The position numbers and the translations under genes are program-made. From Andalucia godoyi And28 (lineage: Eukaryota; Protista; Jakobida): a DNA stretch of 64,000 nt. Positions within the stretch are counted from its first letter, which is position 1. Each line of letters opens with the position of its first letter. Below the pieces are notes generated by a model. It ran no database searches, had not been told where the DNA came from, and was given only the letters and a program-made list of their open reading frames with translations. The DNA is taken from positions 112,142-176,141 of the forward strand of contig VRVR01000045.1 of the NCBI GenBank assembly GCA_009859145.1, read 5' to 3'. This document shows, piece by piece, positions 31,236 to 40,590 of this stretch.

Positions 31236-34172
31236 ATGGAAATATATGCATGGATACAGACGCAGCAGGACATTTCGTTTGAGACGGATCTGCTCCGAGA
31301 CCACCAGTGCCTTCCGCTATGGCTGTCGTACATCTCGACAAAGTCGGAATTGAACCCCGAAGTCCGGTTTTTCTTGTTTGGGCGTGCGATTGAGGCGGTT
31401 CCATGGTCGTACAAGCTGCGGTATCGGTTCCTGGTTGAATTGACAGACTTCGACTATGCGCAGTCGCAGGCGCAGTCGGATCCACGGCGGATTGCGACGA
31501 TCATCCACGTGTTCGAAAGCGCTCTGCAGCAGTTTCCTAAATACCCGGTTCTGTGGCTGTTGTACAGCACGTTTCTGCAGCGACACTCGCTGATCACAGA
31601 GACCCGCGTCGTCTTCAATCGGTCGCTCGCATGCCTGCCTCTGTCCCAGCATTGGCGAATATGGGATGCGTATGTGCATTGGATACTGACCTCGAAAGAG
31701 GCGCTGCCAGTGCAGACAGTATGCGCCGTGTCTGCAAGGTTTCTGCCGTTTGCACTCTCTTCGCGTCTGAAGAGGTTCTCGAAGAGCTTGGATGCGGTGG
31801 AAGCGTTGCTTTTGGAACGGGCGCAGTATCAGCCGGCTGTTCGGTTCGTTTGGAGGAGGCTCGAGCATGCTGTGAATTCGCAGCGTCACAACATCGCAGA
31901 GTCGCTGCTGGAGCGACTGTTGGAGCTCTGCTCATTGCATCCGCATGCGTCACAAGGCGTCGTCGACGTGGACAAGTTGTGCGAAGGGCTGTTGGGCCAA
32001 GCGAGCGCGGCATCGGCATCAGGATCAGGATTAGAAAATGTTCCCGTTGCTTCGAAGCTGAGGATTAAGAATCGGGCACAGGTTTGGTGCTTTTGGGCGC
32101 AGTTTCATGCGGAACAGAGGCATTTGGAGAAAGCATTTATTGTTTTTGAGGACGGTCTACGCAATGCACAGACCATCGCAGAGTTTGCAGAAGTCTTCGA
32201 TGGGTACACGACGTTTTTGGAGGCTCTTTTGGACTCTATCGAACAGCAGCTCCATCCAGACGACGACGAAGGACAAACAGGTCAGCATCAGTCATTTCTG
32301 GATGCGACATTCCAGCGTCTCATGGCGCATTTGGAGCATCTGCTGGACCGCCGTCCGATTCTCCTAAACACTGTGCAATTACGCGAAGCGCCACAGCATG
32401 TCTCGCTGTACCACGATCGTGTTCGAATCATGCAAAAAAATCCAAAGTTGGGATATTCGCTCGAGGATGTTGACAAGACATATCAGGAAGCGCTAGAGAA
32501 GATTGATGTTCTTGCTGCTCGTGGAAGACCACACACACTTTGGCTAGCTGCGGCCAAGTTCTATGCGCGAGAAATGGCCAACATGGACAAAGCCCGCGAT
32601 CTGTTGAGAAGTGCTGTGCAAATCTCGTTTCCTCGGAATGACGACAATGCAGACCTTTGGTGCCAGTACGCGGAGCTCGAGCTGAAGCACACTCCAATTG
32701 CTGCTGCGGCGGGGGGGCTGTCCGCACAAACCGTCAAATCCATGGCATTGCAGCGCGCAATCCAAGTTCTGCGCCAGGTGCTTTACGACTCGGAATTGTC
32801 GGCTTCCGAGGAACACGGGGCAGCAGCAGGATCAGCAGGAGGAACAGGAGGAACAGGAGGAACAGGAGGAACAGGAGGAGAAGGTGTCGAAGTGAATGAT
32901 TACGAGGTGGATGGAGGAGACTCCAGAAAAAGAAGGCGACGAGGCGGGAATTGGGACGGTGGATCCAAGCGTGCAAAGCTCTCGGCCTCGCAGATTATCG
33001 AGTCCTTCAAGATTAACTCTGCAGTGTCCTGTCGAACGGTCCCCCGCATTTGGGGAATGTTGAGCGACCTGTATGAGCAAGCCGGTGATATCGAGCAGGC
33101 GCGGCATGTGTATCTCGATGCCCTGCAAGAGCAAGTTGCGACTCCTACCTTGTGTGTTTCGGGAGTTTGCATGCTTGTGGAGAACCAGCGATTTGAGCAG
33201 GCGTTCCAGCTACTTGAGCGCTCTGTGGAGTCCTTTCCGTGGCCCATGTCAGAGCCTTTGTGGCGTCTCTACGGTACCCTGTTTATCGATCGTTTTCGCG
33301 GGACCCAGCTGGAGCGTGGTCGAGAGCTGTTTGAACAAGCCATTTTGCAGGCCCGCAGTTTCAAATTGGGGAATGCGAGTGCATTGATGAACGGAGGTGA
33401 GCAAGCTCTCGTCCATACCAATGCGTTTGTGTCTCTCTTTCTCCAGTACGCAAGTTACGAAGCAAGCTACGGTCTGGAGTCGCGAGTGATTTCGATCTAC
33501 CGACGTGCGCTTGCAACTTTGCCGATGCACGTCCGGGGTGTGATCGCCGAGAGTTTTGTTCGGTACCTGGTGTTGGAGTCCTGTGGCATTGCCCGAAGTC
33601 GTCCGTTTCTGGACAGCTTGTTGTCTCTGTCGTCAGCTGCAAAGCCCGGCTCTGCGGCGGCGTCGCCACCAACTCTGAATGATGCCGATTCAATTCGCCT
33701 CGGCCTTTCGTATGCTTCCATGGAAACTCGTCTTGGTGAGATTGACCGAGCCCGCGTTCTGTATGTCTATTGTGCCCAGCTGGCGAATCCTGCAGTCGTC
33801 GGCCAGTCACTTGCAAGCCTTGCCTGGAGTTCTTGGCACAAGTTCGAGTCGCAGCATGGCACCAACACTTCGTTTGCAGAAATGAGCAGGATCCGCCGCA
33901 CGCTCACTTTAAAGTTTGAACCCGAGACGAACGTGTCGGTTGCAGCGATGTTTCGTCACAGACGCGCCCCTCATCGGGTCCTCGGCCACGACGATGGCCA
34001 CCATCGCCACCACCCTCACCACCAAGTCCCCGACCAAGTTCCCGACCAAGACCCCGATCAAGACCCCGGTCAAGTCCAGGATCAAGACTCCGATCAAGAC
34101 CAGGATCAAGACCAGGATCAAGACCAAGCGAAAATTGACCAGTATCTCGAGGAATTTGAGCATCGTGGATAA
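31236..34172 (+). CDS. XAB2: Pre-mRNA splicing factor SYF1/XAB2 (HAT repeats), about 978 aa
   Basis: WLSYI, RAIEAVPWSYKL, FNRSLACLPLSQHWRIW, RRPILLNTVQLREAPQHV, IWGMLSDLYE, FEQAFQLLERSV, GEIDRARVLY, FESQHG; start codon approximate. Confidence 0.93.
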   Translation: MEIYAWIQTQQDISFETDLLRDHQCLPLWLSYISTKSELNPEVRFFLFGRAIEAVPWSYKLRYRFLVELTDFDYAQSQAQSDPRRIATIIHVFESALQQFPKYPVLWLLYSTFLQRHSLITETRVVFNRSLACLPLSQHWRIWDAYVHWILTSKEALPVQTVCAVSARFLPFALSSRLKRFSKSLDAVEALLLERAQYQPAVRFVWRRLEHAVNSQRHNIAESLLERLLELCSLHPHASQGVVDVDKLCEGLLGQASAASASGSGLENVPVASKLRIKNRAQVWCFWAQFHAEQRHLEKAFIVFEDGLRNAQTIAEFAEVFDGYTTFLEALLDSIEQQLHPDDDEGQTGQHQSFLDATFQRLMAHLEHLLDRRPILLNTVQLREAPQHVSLYHDRVRIMQKNPKLGYSLEDVDKTYQEALEKIDVLAARGRPHTLWLAAAKFYAREMANMDKARDLLRSAVQISFPRNDDNADLWCQYAELELKHTPIAAAAGGLSAQTVKSMALQRAIQVLRQVLYDSELSASEEHGAAAGSAGGTGGTGGTGGTGGEGVEVNDYEVDGGDSRKRRRRGGNWDGGSKRAKLSASQIIESFKINSAVSCRTVPRIWGMLSDLYEQAGDIEQARHVYLDALQEQVATPTLCVSGVCMLVENQRFEQAFQLLERSVESFPWPMSEPLWRLYGTLFIDRFRGTQLERGRELFEQAILQARSFKLGNASALMNGGEQALVHTNAFVSLFLQYASYEASYGLESRVISIYRRALATLPMHVRGVIAESFVRYLVLESCGIARSRPFLDSLLSLSSAAKPGSAAASPPTLNDADSIRLGLSYASMETRLGEIDRARVLYVYCAQLANPAVVGQSLASLAWSSWHKFESQHGTNTSFAEMSRIRRTLTLKFEPETNVSVAAMFRHRRAPHRVLGHDDGHHRHHPHHQVPDQVPDQDPDQDPGQVQDQDSDQDQDQDQDQDQAKIDQYLEEFEHRG
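34022..34129 (+). repeat. 12-nt tandem minisatellite encoding (Q-V/D-P/Q-D)n at the SYF1 C-terminus
   Basis: About 9 units of CAAG[AT]C[CT][CA][CA]G[AG][CT], read directly. Confidence 0.85.
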
Positions 34173-34295
34173 GAGAGAGAGAGAGAGAGGGAGTGCTGGA
34201 GACGGTGTTTTCCAAGCGATTGATTCATTTTCATTTTATTCATTTTTTTTTTTAATACACAAAAGGATTGATTGTTGAGCGACGGTGGCTACTTG

Positions 34296-34814
34296 CTAGG
34301 CAGTAGGCGGCATTGTCTTTGTGACGTGTTCTTCTTCGACCTCTGGGTTCCTGCTGGCTTCCTGGACGATATGGACAAATTTCCGGAGTCTCTCTCCGAC
34401 GACGGAGTTCAGCTCCGACTTTCGCGACGCAAGCAAGTACGCATCAAGACCCCCGGCCTTGTCGATGCATCGTAGAGCATGCGCCGTGACTTGCATCCGG
34501 ATGCTCTGTCCAAGGGTCTCTGAATACATGTTCTTATACTGTACATTCGGCTTCCACAATCTCCGAGTCCTATCTCACCATCACGCATCATTAGCATCCA
34601 CCTCATCACCGACGGAAAACACACACGACAAATGCTGCATCCATGCATGGGGCAGCAGTAAAACATGAGAAGATTTAAAGGAAAGCGAGACGACATACTT
34701 GCGCTCCGAGAACGACACGTTGTTTCCAGTGAGAATCGTTCGTCCGGCGTACAGTCCACGTTGTGCACGATGCAGCACTCCCCGCGCGAACTCGCCAGCA
34801 ATCGACAGCGACAT
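34296..34814 (-). CDS. MRPL28: Mitochondrial ribosomal protein bL28m, 129 aa; exons 34699-34814 and 34296-34569
   Basis: RAQRGLYAG...GNNVSFSERK|TRRLWKPNVQ...LRCIDKAGGLDAYLL; 129-nt intron GTATGT...CTAAT...TAG restores the frame. Confidence 0.93.
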
Positions 34815-35153
34815 CCCCCCCACTCACTCACTCACTCACTCACTCACTCACTCTGATAACATGAAGAAGAAAAAGAAAAGAAAAAAAAAACAGGACTGAA
34901 AATGAAATGAAAATGAAACCGAAAGCAAAACCAAAGAAAGCCCAAAAGCGACAGACAATTAGAAATGAGAGCAACAAACGAAAAAAGATGCGAAAAAGAC
35001 GGGCGCCTGTCTCAAGTCGCAAGTCTCAAGTGTCAAGGCTTCACGAAAAGGAAAAAAGGTCCGACATTTCCCCCGCTTTTTTTTTTAGGTACAAATCGTC
35101 CGCCCCGCATGAACGCTTGTAGTGCGCATCGGGTTTACTTCGGAGTCGGGAAT

Positions 35154-35264
35154 TGACGCCTGTATTATACACTGAGCATGCATATCTACGAATAGACATG
35201 CATATTCAATCCTTGCATCCCGTTGCCGCGAAGGAGATAGGCCCCAACATGCCTCACGGCGTTC
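35154..35264 (-). ncRNA. Candidate Fanzor omega-RNA scaffold, copy A
   Basis: GCC-GTGA-GGC loop, GGGG-CCTAT-CTCC, 18-bp hairpin ATTGAATATGCATGTCTA-TTCG-TAGATATGCATGCTCAGT (35171-35210), terminal AGTGTATAATACAGGCGTCA. Confidence 0.65.
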
Positions 35265-35630
35265 CTGAGAGGGGTGCATTTTGATTCCGACGGCCCTAGC
35301 AGCAGGCGTAGTGACACGTGGTCTCTTAGGAGGTCTGCGGGACCTAGGAGGCCCTGGCATCGGGCGGCGTAGGCGTAGGCGTAGGCGAGTGCGTCATCCC
35401 AGCGCACTCACGCCCATATTTGAATTAATAAAGTGAAACCAACGAATGATCGAATAGATGGCTACGGATGTTGCGTTAAATCGTGTCGAAAATGCAGAGC
35501 CTGTGTCACCGGCTGAATTTTGGCTGAGCGTGCGTAAGCACGAGTTCCTGTGAAGCAAACGTGCTAGTGTCGGCCAGTATTGACCGTGTCTGTTTATGGA
35601 TACTTCCTTTCCGTATGCATGACAATGACA
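35154..35630 (-). mobile_element. Non-autonomous Fanzor-derived element, copy A (about 477 bp, internally deleted)
   Basis: Its reverse complement aligns blockwise with 55289-55715. It encodes the N-terminal stub MPGPPRSRRPPKRPRVTTPAARAVGIKMHPSQ fused to the conserved 3' module. Confidence 0.85.
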
Positions 35631-35726
35631 CGTCATTATTCGACGGCGGTGATTCATTTCCATTAACGGTTCCGTTAGTCTGCATCAGCGGGCGAGATAT
35701 AGGAATAAGAGCAGGGAAAAGTGTGA

Positions 35727-36665
35727 ATGGGGGGGTTTTGGTATTCGATCTCGCTGTCTGTGCTGGCGGGGCTTTCAACACCGCTTGGAGCGATTCCTGT
35801 GGTGTTACTGGGCATTCCGACGTCGCGGACAATGGGTCTACTTGTGTCGTTTGCAGCAGGAGTCATGCTCTATCTGTCGCTGCTCGATCTAATGCCAGAC
35901 GTGCTGCATACCCTCGATGCATTCTCCTCCATTGCAGCATTCGTCTCAGGCACAATCTCTTTTATCGCAATCCACCATTTCGTCCCGGACTCGAACCCTA
36001 TGCTCACTCGACTCCTCTCCTCCTCCTCCTCCTCAGCATCGTCATCGTCGGTTGTGCAGCTGGAAAAACAAAATTCCGTGTCATCATCACAACCATCTCC
36101 ACCACCGCCAGCATCATCGGCGTCGTCGAAAGGACTTCTACTTGTTCCGAGCAAGCAGCGACCAGGTGTAATATCAAAGTCTGCGCTGCTGATCTTGATT
36201 GCTCTGTCACTGCATAATCTCCCGGAAGGAATGGCCGTCTTCTTAACGTCGTCGTCTTCGACGTCATCGTCGTTGTCGCCGCTGCGATTGGTGGCTGCAA
36301 TTGCGATGCACAATGTGCCAGAGGGCGTGGCACTGGCGGCTCCAGTGTATGCGTCCACGCGATCTGTGCGAGCGGTGATGATCGCGACGTTCTTGTCGGG
36401 GCTGTGCGAGCCGCTCGGCGCAGCAGTGCTCGGCGGTCTCATTTCCGTGTCGTCTGTGTTCGGAACATCCGCAGAGGACCCGCTGTGGATGGCAGATGCG
36501 GTGTGGGCTGCGCTGGGCTGGGTCTCCGGCATGATGGCAGCCGTCAGCGTCGAACTGATGCGCGAGGCTTCGGGATACGCAGGAAGCAAAGTCGTCGCGA
36601 TCGGGACCTTGGCGGGAGGGTTTGCCACTGCTGCTCTACACACGGTCGCAGAATCCATCGCGTAA
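35727..36665 (+). CDS. ZIP-family (ZupT/GufA-like) zinc/iron transporter, 312 aa
   Basis: LAGLSTPLGA, FAAGVMLYLSLLDLMP, LHNLPEGMAV, IAMHNVPEGVALAAP, SGLCEPLGA. Confidence 0.93.
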   Translation: MGGFWYSISLSVLAGLSTPLGAIPVVLLGIPTSRTMGLLVSFAAGVMLYLSLLDLMPDVLHTLDAFSSIAAFVSGTISFIAIHHFVPDSNPMLTRLLSSSSSSASSSSVVQLEKQNSVSSSQPSPPPPASSASSKGLLLVPSKQRPGVISKSALLILIALSLHNLPEGMAVFLTSSSSTSSSLSPLRLVAAIAMHNVPEGVALAAPVYASTRSVRAVMIATFLSGLCEPLGAAVLGGLISVSSVFGTSAEDPLWMADAVWAALGWVSGMMAAVSVELMREASGYAGSKVVAIGTLAGGFATAALHTVAESIA

Positions 36666-36804
36666 AAAACTTGCTCTCCAATCGTCCTTGACATATAGAT
36701 AAATAGATAAAATAAAATGAAAAATAAATTTAATCGAGAACTTGCATGAATTGAATGTGGGTTGGATTCGGAAACGGAGCGGCGAGCAGTCGAAATTAAC
36801 GATG

Positions 36805-37950
36805 TTACGCTGAAGGGCTTGCGAGAATCTTGAGGTCTGCATAAACAGAGTAGTGGTCGGAAAGCTGCTTGAACGGCTTGTTCTCGACAAAGAATGGCTC
36901 GCAGCCTGCATCGATCACTTCGAACCGCCGCCTGGACAGCACCTCGCAGCCGTCGAAGCTCTCACTGCCGTCGCTCGTCGCTGTGGCAAAATCAGAAACT
37001 GAAGCAGAAGTTGTCGCTACGAGGTTTCTCTTTTGGAGTGCAAAGATAAAGTCCAGGCTCTTCTGGCAGCACCAATCCATCTTCCCGGTGAGCACCTTCT
37101 CTGTGGGACAGACGCCCGACTGCATTTGCTCCTGTTCTTCCTGGATCTCCTTTTTGCTCTTCTTGTTTTTCATTGCTGCTTCTTGCTTTTGCTTCTCTGC
37201 CCCTGCAACTGCTTCTTGCCCTGGCATTGGGTCTGCTTCGTGCCGGGGATCCTGGACATCTCCGACGGTGATTGGATGCTCCCCGGTGTGCTGAAAGACC
37301 GAGTCCACGACATGTTCCCACACGCCGGTCGCAAAGATTGACTTGCAGAGCGAAGCATACTGCTCATCATCGCGCCCATCGACGTTGAGGTCTCCAGCAA
37401 GAAGCACAACGTCGGCGTCCGAATCCTCGATGAACCTGCGCAGCTCCTCCAACTGCGCAAGCCTGACCTTCTGCTGCTTGGCCTTCTTTGCCCCCGACGA
37501 ATTCACATAGGAAGCCTGCAGATGCGTCGTCACGATTTCGACGCTGACGCCCGCCTCCGAGACAATCGTCGCGCCCAAGCATCCCTTGTGAGTGAATGCA
37601 TCGATGTCGCACCCGACCTTGAACACCACCGACCGCGTCTTTGTGATGGGCACGCGCGACGCAATCACCAGCCCAGAGTCAATAACCTTCAATCGAAACA
37701 CGTCTCTCCACGTCTTCCCCGGCATCACAGCATGGTAAATGTACCCACGCGCCGTCGCAAGCTCCAATGCAAGCTCCCGCCGCGACGTCAGGAACGAAAA
37801 CAGCTCCTGGAAACACAGCACGTCGTACCGCCCCAGTCGAGCATCCGAGAAAAACTCTCGTAGTCGATCCGCTTTGTGGTCCGAACACCCATTCGAACGC
37901 ACTGCTGGAGGCCGCAAAAACATATTGTACGACAGGACCGACACCTTCAT
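36805..37950 (-). CDS. Neutral sphingomyelinase-like EEP-superfamily phosphodiesterase, about 381 aa
   Basis: VLSYNMFLRP, DVLCFQELF, DSGLVIASR, HKG, THLQASY, AGDLNVDG, LDFIF, LSDHY. Confidence 0.9.
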   Translation of the reverse strand: MKVSVLSYNMFLRPPAVRSNGCSDHKADRLREFFSDARLGRYDVLCFQELFSFLTSRRELALELATARGYIYHAVMPGKTWRDVFRLKVIDSGLVIASRVPITKTRSVVFKVGCDIDAFTHKGCLGATIVSEAGVSVEIVTTHLQASYVNSSGAKKAKQQKVRLAQLEELRRFIEDSDADVVLLAGDLNVDGRDDEQYASLCKSIFATGVWEHVVDSVFQHTGEHPITVGDVQDPRHEADPMPGQEAVAGAEKQKQEAAMKNKKSKKEIQEEQEQMQSGVCPTEKVLTGKMDWCCQKSLDFIFALQKRNLVATTSASVSDFATATSDGSESFDGCEVLSRRRFEVIDAGCEPFFVENKPFKQLSDHYSVYADLKILASPSA

Positions 37951-38544
37951 CCCACAACTCGCAGCGCACAACCCGCAGCACAAACGTACTCACTTGAGGA
38001 GGAAATTATTTTATTTATTTATTTAAAAAAATGAAAAAAAATATAATAACACAGAAATCTGAAAAACGACGCGGATGGGAACATTCGATTCCAGAGCACA
38101 ATTGTATAGAAAGAGGGGAGCCAAGTACGGCAGGGAAGGAAGAAGGCGCGTTTCCCCAAATCAATCAATCATCGCCCCCCTCCCTTCAAAGCATCCAGCA
38201 TCCAGCATCAAGCATCAAGGAACACAGAAACGTGTTGGCTACAGACGTTTTATTTTCGTAAACGGTTGGGAAATTCAAAGGCTTGACGGAGGCCACTGCA
38301 GGTTATTGCTGATTCAGCCAAAAGCCAAGAGGTCATTATGGATTTTGATTCTGTTGATTTCTCCATTCTTTGAATGATTCTGTTTATATATACATAACTT
38401 TTTGGTTTTGTTTTGTCTGTTTGCTTGCTTGCTTTTTTTCCTCCGTCTCGCCTTCCTAGACGCAGTGAGTTCTGGTGAGTGGAACATCTGCTTTCCTGAG
38501 GCGCGCGTGTGCACGTGTGAGGTGGACCTGGGGTGGATGAGATA

Positions 38545-40350
38545 ATGTCGTCGTCGGTGTCTGTCGAGCCTTCCGAGAGGAATGACAAGGTGATATATGG
38601 GACGTTGTATGGCGCGACGGTGCGGACACACACGCCGGAGCACAAGACAGCACGGCTGTTCTCGACGCTGCATCGATTATCGCAGCAGAAGTTGGAGGTC
38701 TCGAAGACCGCGCTTGAGAAGGAGACCGCGTGGGAGCGAGAAATTGCGAGACGGTCCTCGCTGCGAGATGTGCAGAACACACACAAGGCACTCGTCGCGC
38801 ACAGGGTCTCGGAGGATATGGAGCGTCACCAGAAGAGAAAGGAACTGGAATTGGAGCTGGAGCTGGAGCTGGAGCGGCAGAAGGAGAGGGAGAGTGAGAG
38901 GGAGCGGCAGAGGGAGAGGGAGAGGGAGAAGGGACGTCGCCCGCGATCGCACAGCAGTCTCGCGCACTCTTCAGCGCCAAGTTGGAAGACGACAACTGGA
39001 GGTGCAGGGGGAGGTGGAGCAGCGACGTCCATATCGCTGGTGGGTGCTGGTGTGGCGAGTACAGCGTCGACAACAGCGACGACAACAGCGACGGTGGAAA
39101 CGGATGGAAACGGTGGTGTGGATGGGGTCATGATGATGAAGACGGGTGATTCGGGGAATGGCGGTTCAGCGGGCCAGCTGCCGCAGGTGAAGGCTTCGGG
39201 AAGAGGCAGACGAGCGGTTGCGGAGAGCTCGCGAAGGATGGGTAAATCCGCGTGGGCAGAGGCGAGTGACAGTGAGAATGAGCTGCGGCTGCTGAAGTCG
39301 GTGCGATGGAAAGCCAAGACAGAGATGATTGCGAGAATCCAGCAGGAACGAGTCTTGCAAAAGGCAAAGGCGATTGAGGTGGACAAGACGCAGCTAGTGG
39401 AAGGCAAGATCCAGTCGCTGCAGAAGAAACAGGAGGACTTTCGGAGGTCCAAGCATGCAGAAAACGAAGCAAAGGCCCAGAAGGCGGATAATGCCAAGCT
39501 GGAGGCAGTGCAGAAATCCATTCAGCACGCGCTTTCGATTGAGAAGACTGAGCAGGAGCAGTTTGATAAGATCGAAAAACGCAGATCCGAGATGATGAGC
39601 CAGCTTGCAGACAGAAGAAAAAGGAAGCATGAACTGGAGCTCGAGCACGAGAGAAAAAATGAGCAGATGAAGCGAGAAGAGGAGGAAGAGAGACTGAAGC
39701 GAGAAAGAGAACTGGAAGGAAAGGAGCTGCGACAGAGGGAGAGAGATGCACAGACGACGGCGCTCATGATGGAGAAGGACCGCGAGCGCCAGAATCGAGT
39801 CGAAACCAGGAGAAAGGAAATGGAGGACGAACGAGTCAGAAGGGAGCAGGAGCTGACACAGAAGATCGCAGAGTATGACAATCGCATGTACGACTTGCAG
39901 TGCAGGAGAGAGAAGCACAGACTGATGGTGGCGGATTTGATGGTGCAGGAGAGGAAGCTGCGAGACACGCTCCAGATGACTGCATTTCGATTGTCCGCAC
40001 ATGGCGTTTACGACCCAGAGAAGCTGGAGAAGAAGGTCCAGAGGGAGCTCTCGGCTTCTGCAACTGCATACACCAGCGGAAGTGCGAGTGCAACTGCAAG
40101 CGGGTCTTCGTCGCGCGATCGTTCTGGAATCGTTCGCGAAGTGAAGTGTGCACTGTGTTTGGTTCCGCATCCGGCAGACTGCATGTCCAACACGACAACG
40201 CAGAAGAACATCCTTGATATTCGAAAGCGCTGGGGCGTTGCAAAGCAGTTCAACCAAAACAAGGGAATGCGTGCAGGGACCATGTACGACTCGGTGCACG
40301 TCTGTGTATTTTGCTTTCAGTTTTTTGCCACGGACGACAGTGGAGACTGA
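38545..40350 (+). CDS. Coiled-coil protein with a C-terminal CxxC...CxxC module, about 601 aa
   Basis: Long E/K/R-rich helix; C-terminal KCALC...HVCVFCFQFF. Confidence 0.75.
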   Translation: MSSSVSVEPSERNDKVIYGTLYGATVRTHTPEHKTARLFSTLHRLSQQKLEVSKTALEKETAWEREIARRSSLRDVQNTHKALVAHRVSEDMERHQKRKELELELELELERQKERESERERQREREREKGRRPRSHSSLAHSSAPSWKTTTGGAGGGGAATSISLVGAGVASTASTTATTTATVETDGNGGVDGVMMMKTGDSGNGGSAGQLPQVKASGRGRRAVAESSRRMGKSAWAEASDSENELRLLKSVRWKAKTEMIARIQQERVLQKAKAIEVDKTQLVEGKIQSLQKKQEDFRRSKHAENEAKAQKADNAKLEAVQKSIQHALSIEKTEQEQFDKIEKRRSEMMSQLADRRKRKHELELEHERKNEQMKREEEEERLKRERELEGKELRQRERDAQTTALMMEKDRERQNRVETRRKEMEDERVRREQELTQKIAEYDNRMYDLQCRREKHRLMVADLMVQERKLRDTLQMTAFRLSAHGVYDPEKLEKKVQRELSASATAYTSGSASATASGSSSRDRSGIVREVKCALCLVPHPADCMSNTTTQKNILDIRKRWGVAKQFNQNKGMRAGTMYDSVHVCVFCFQFFATDDSGD

Positions 40351-40590
40351 TCGCGATCCAAGCCCGCGTCCCCCTTACGCATGTTCTCTCCCCCCCCCGC
40401 TACCTGCTCACCCCATCCACTTTCTCCATCCTCCTCCGTTCTCATCATCATCGTCATCATAATTACCACTATCATTATTACGATTAATTTTTTTTAACTA
40501 CTACAGCAAGTATTTGTTTCTTCTTTTTCTTCTTCTTCTCTTCGTAGACGGCAGTAAAAACAGAAAGGGGGGAAAAGGGATTCTTTTAAA

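Noticed and set aside
35470-35560. AYARSAKIQ in copy A as a remnant of an IS607 serine recombinase (YARVS) motif
   Set aside because: The match is too short and gapped, bounded by stops, and deleted in copy B; it needs a full-length element to evaluate.
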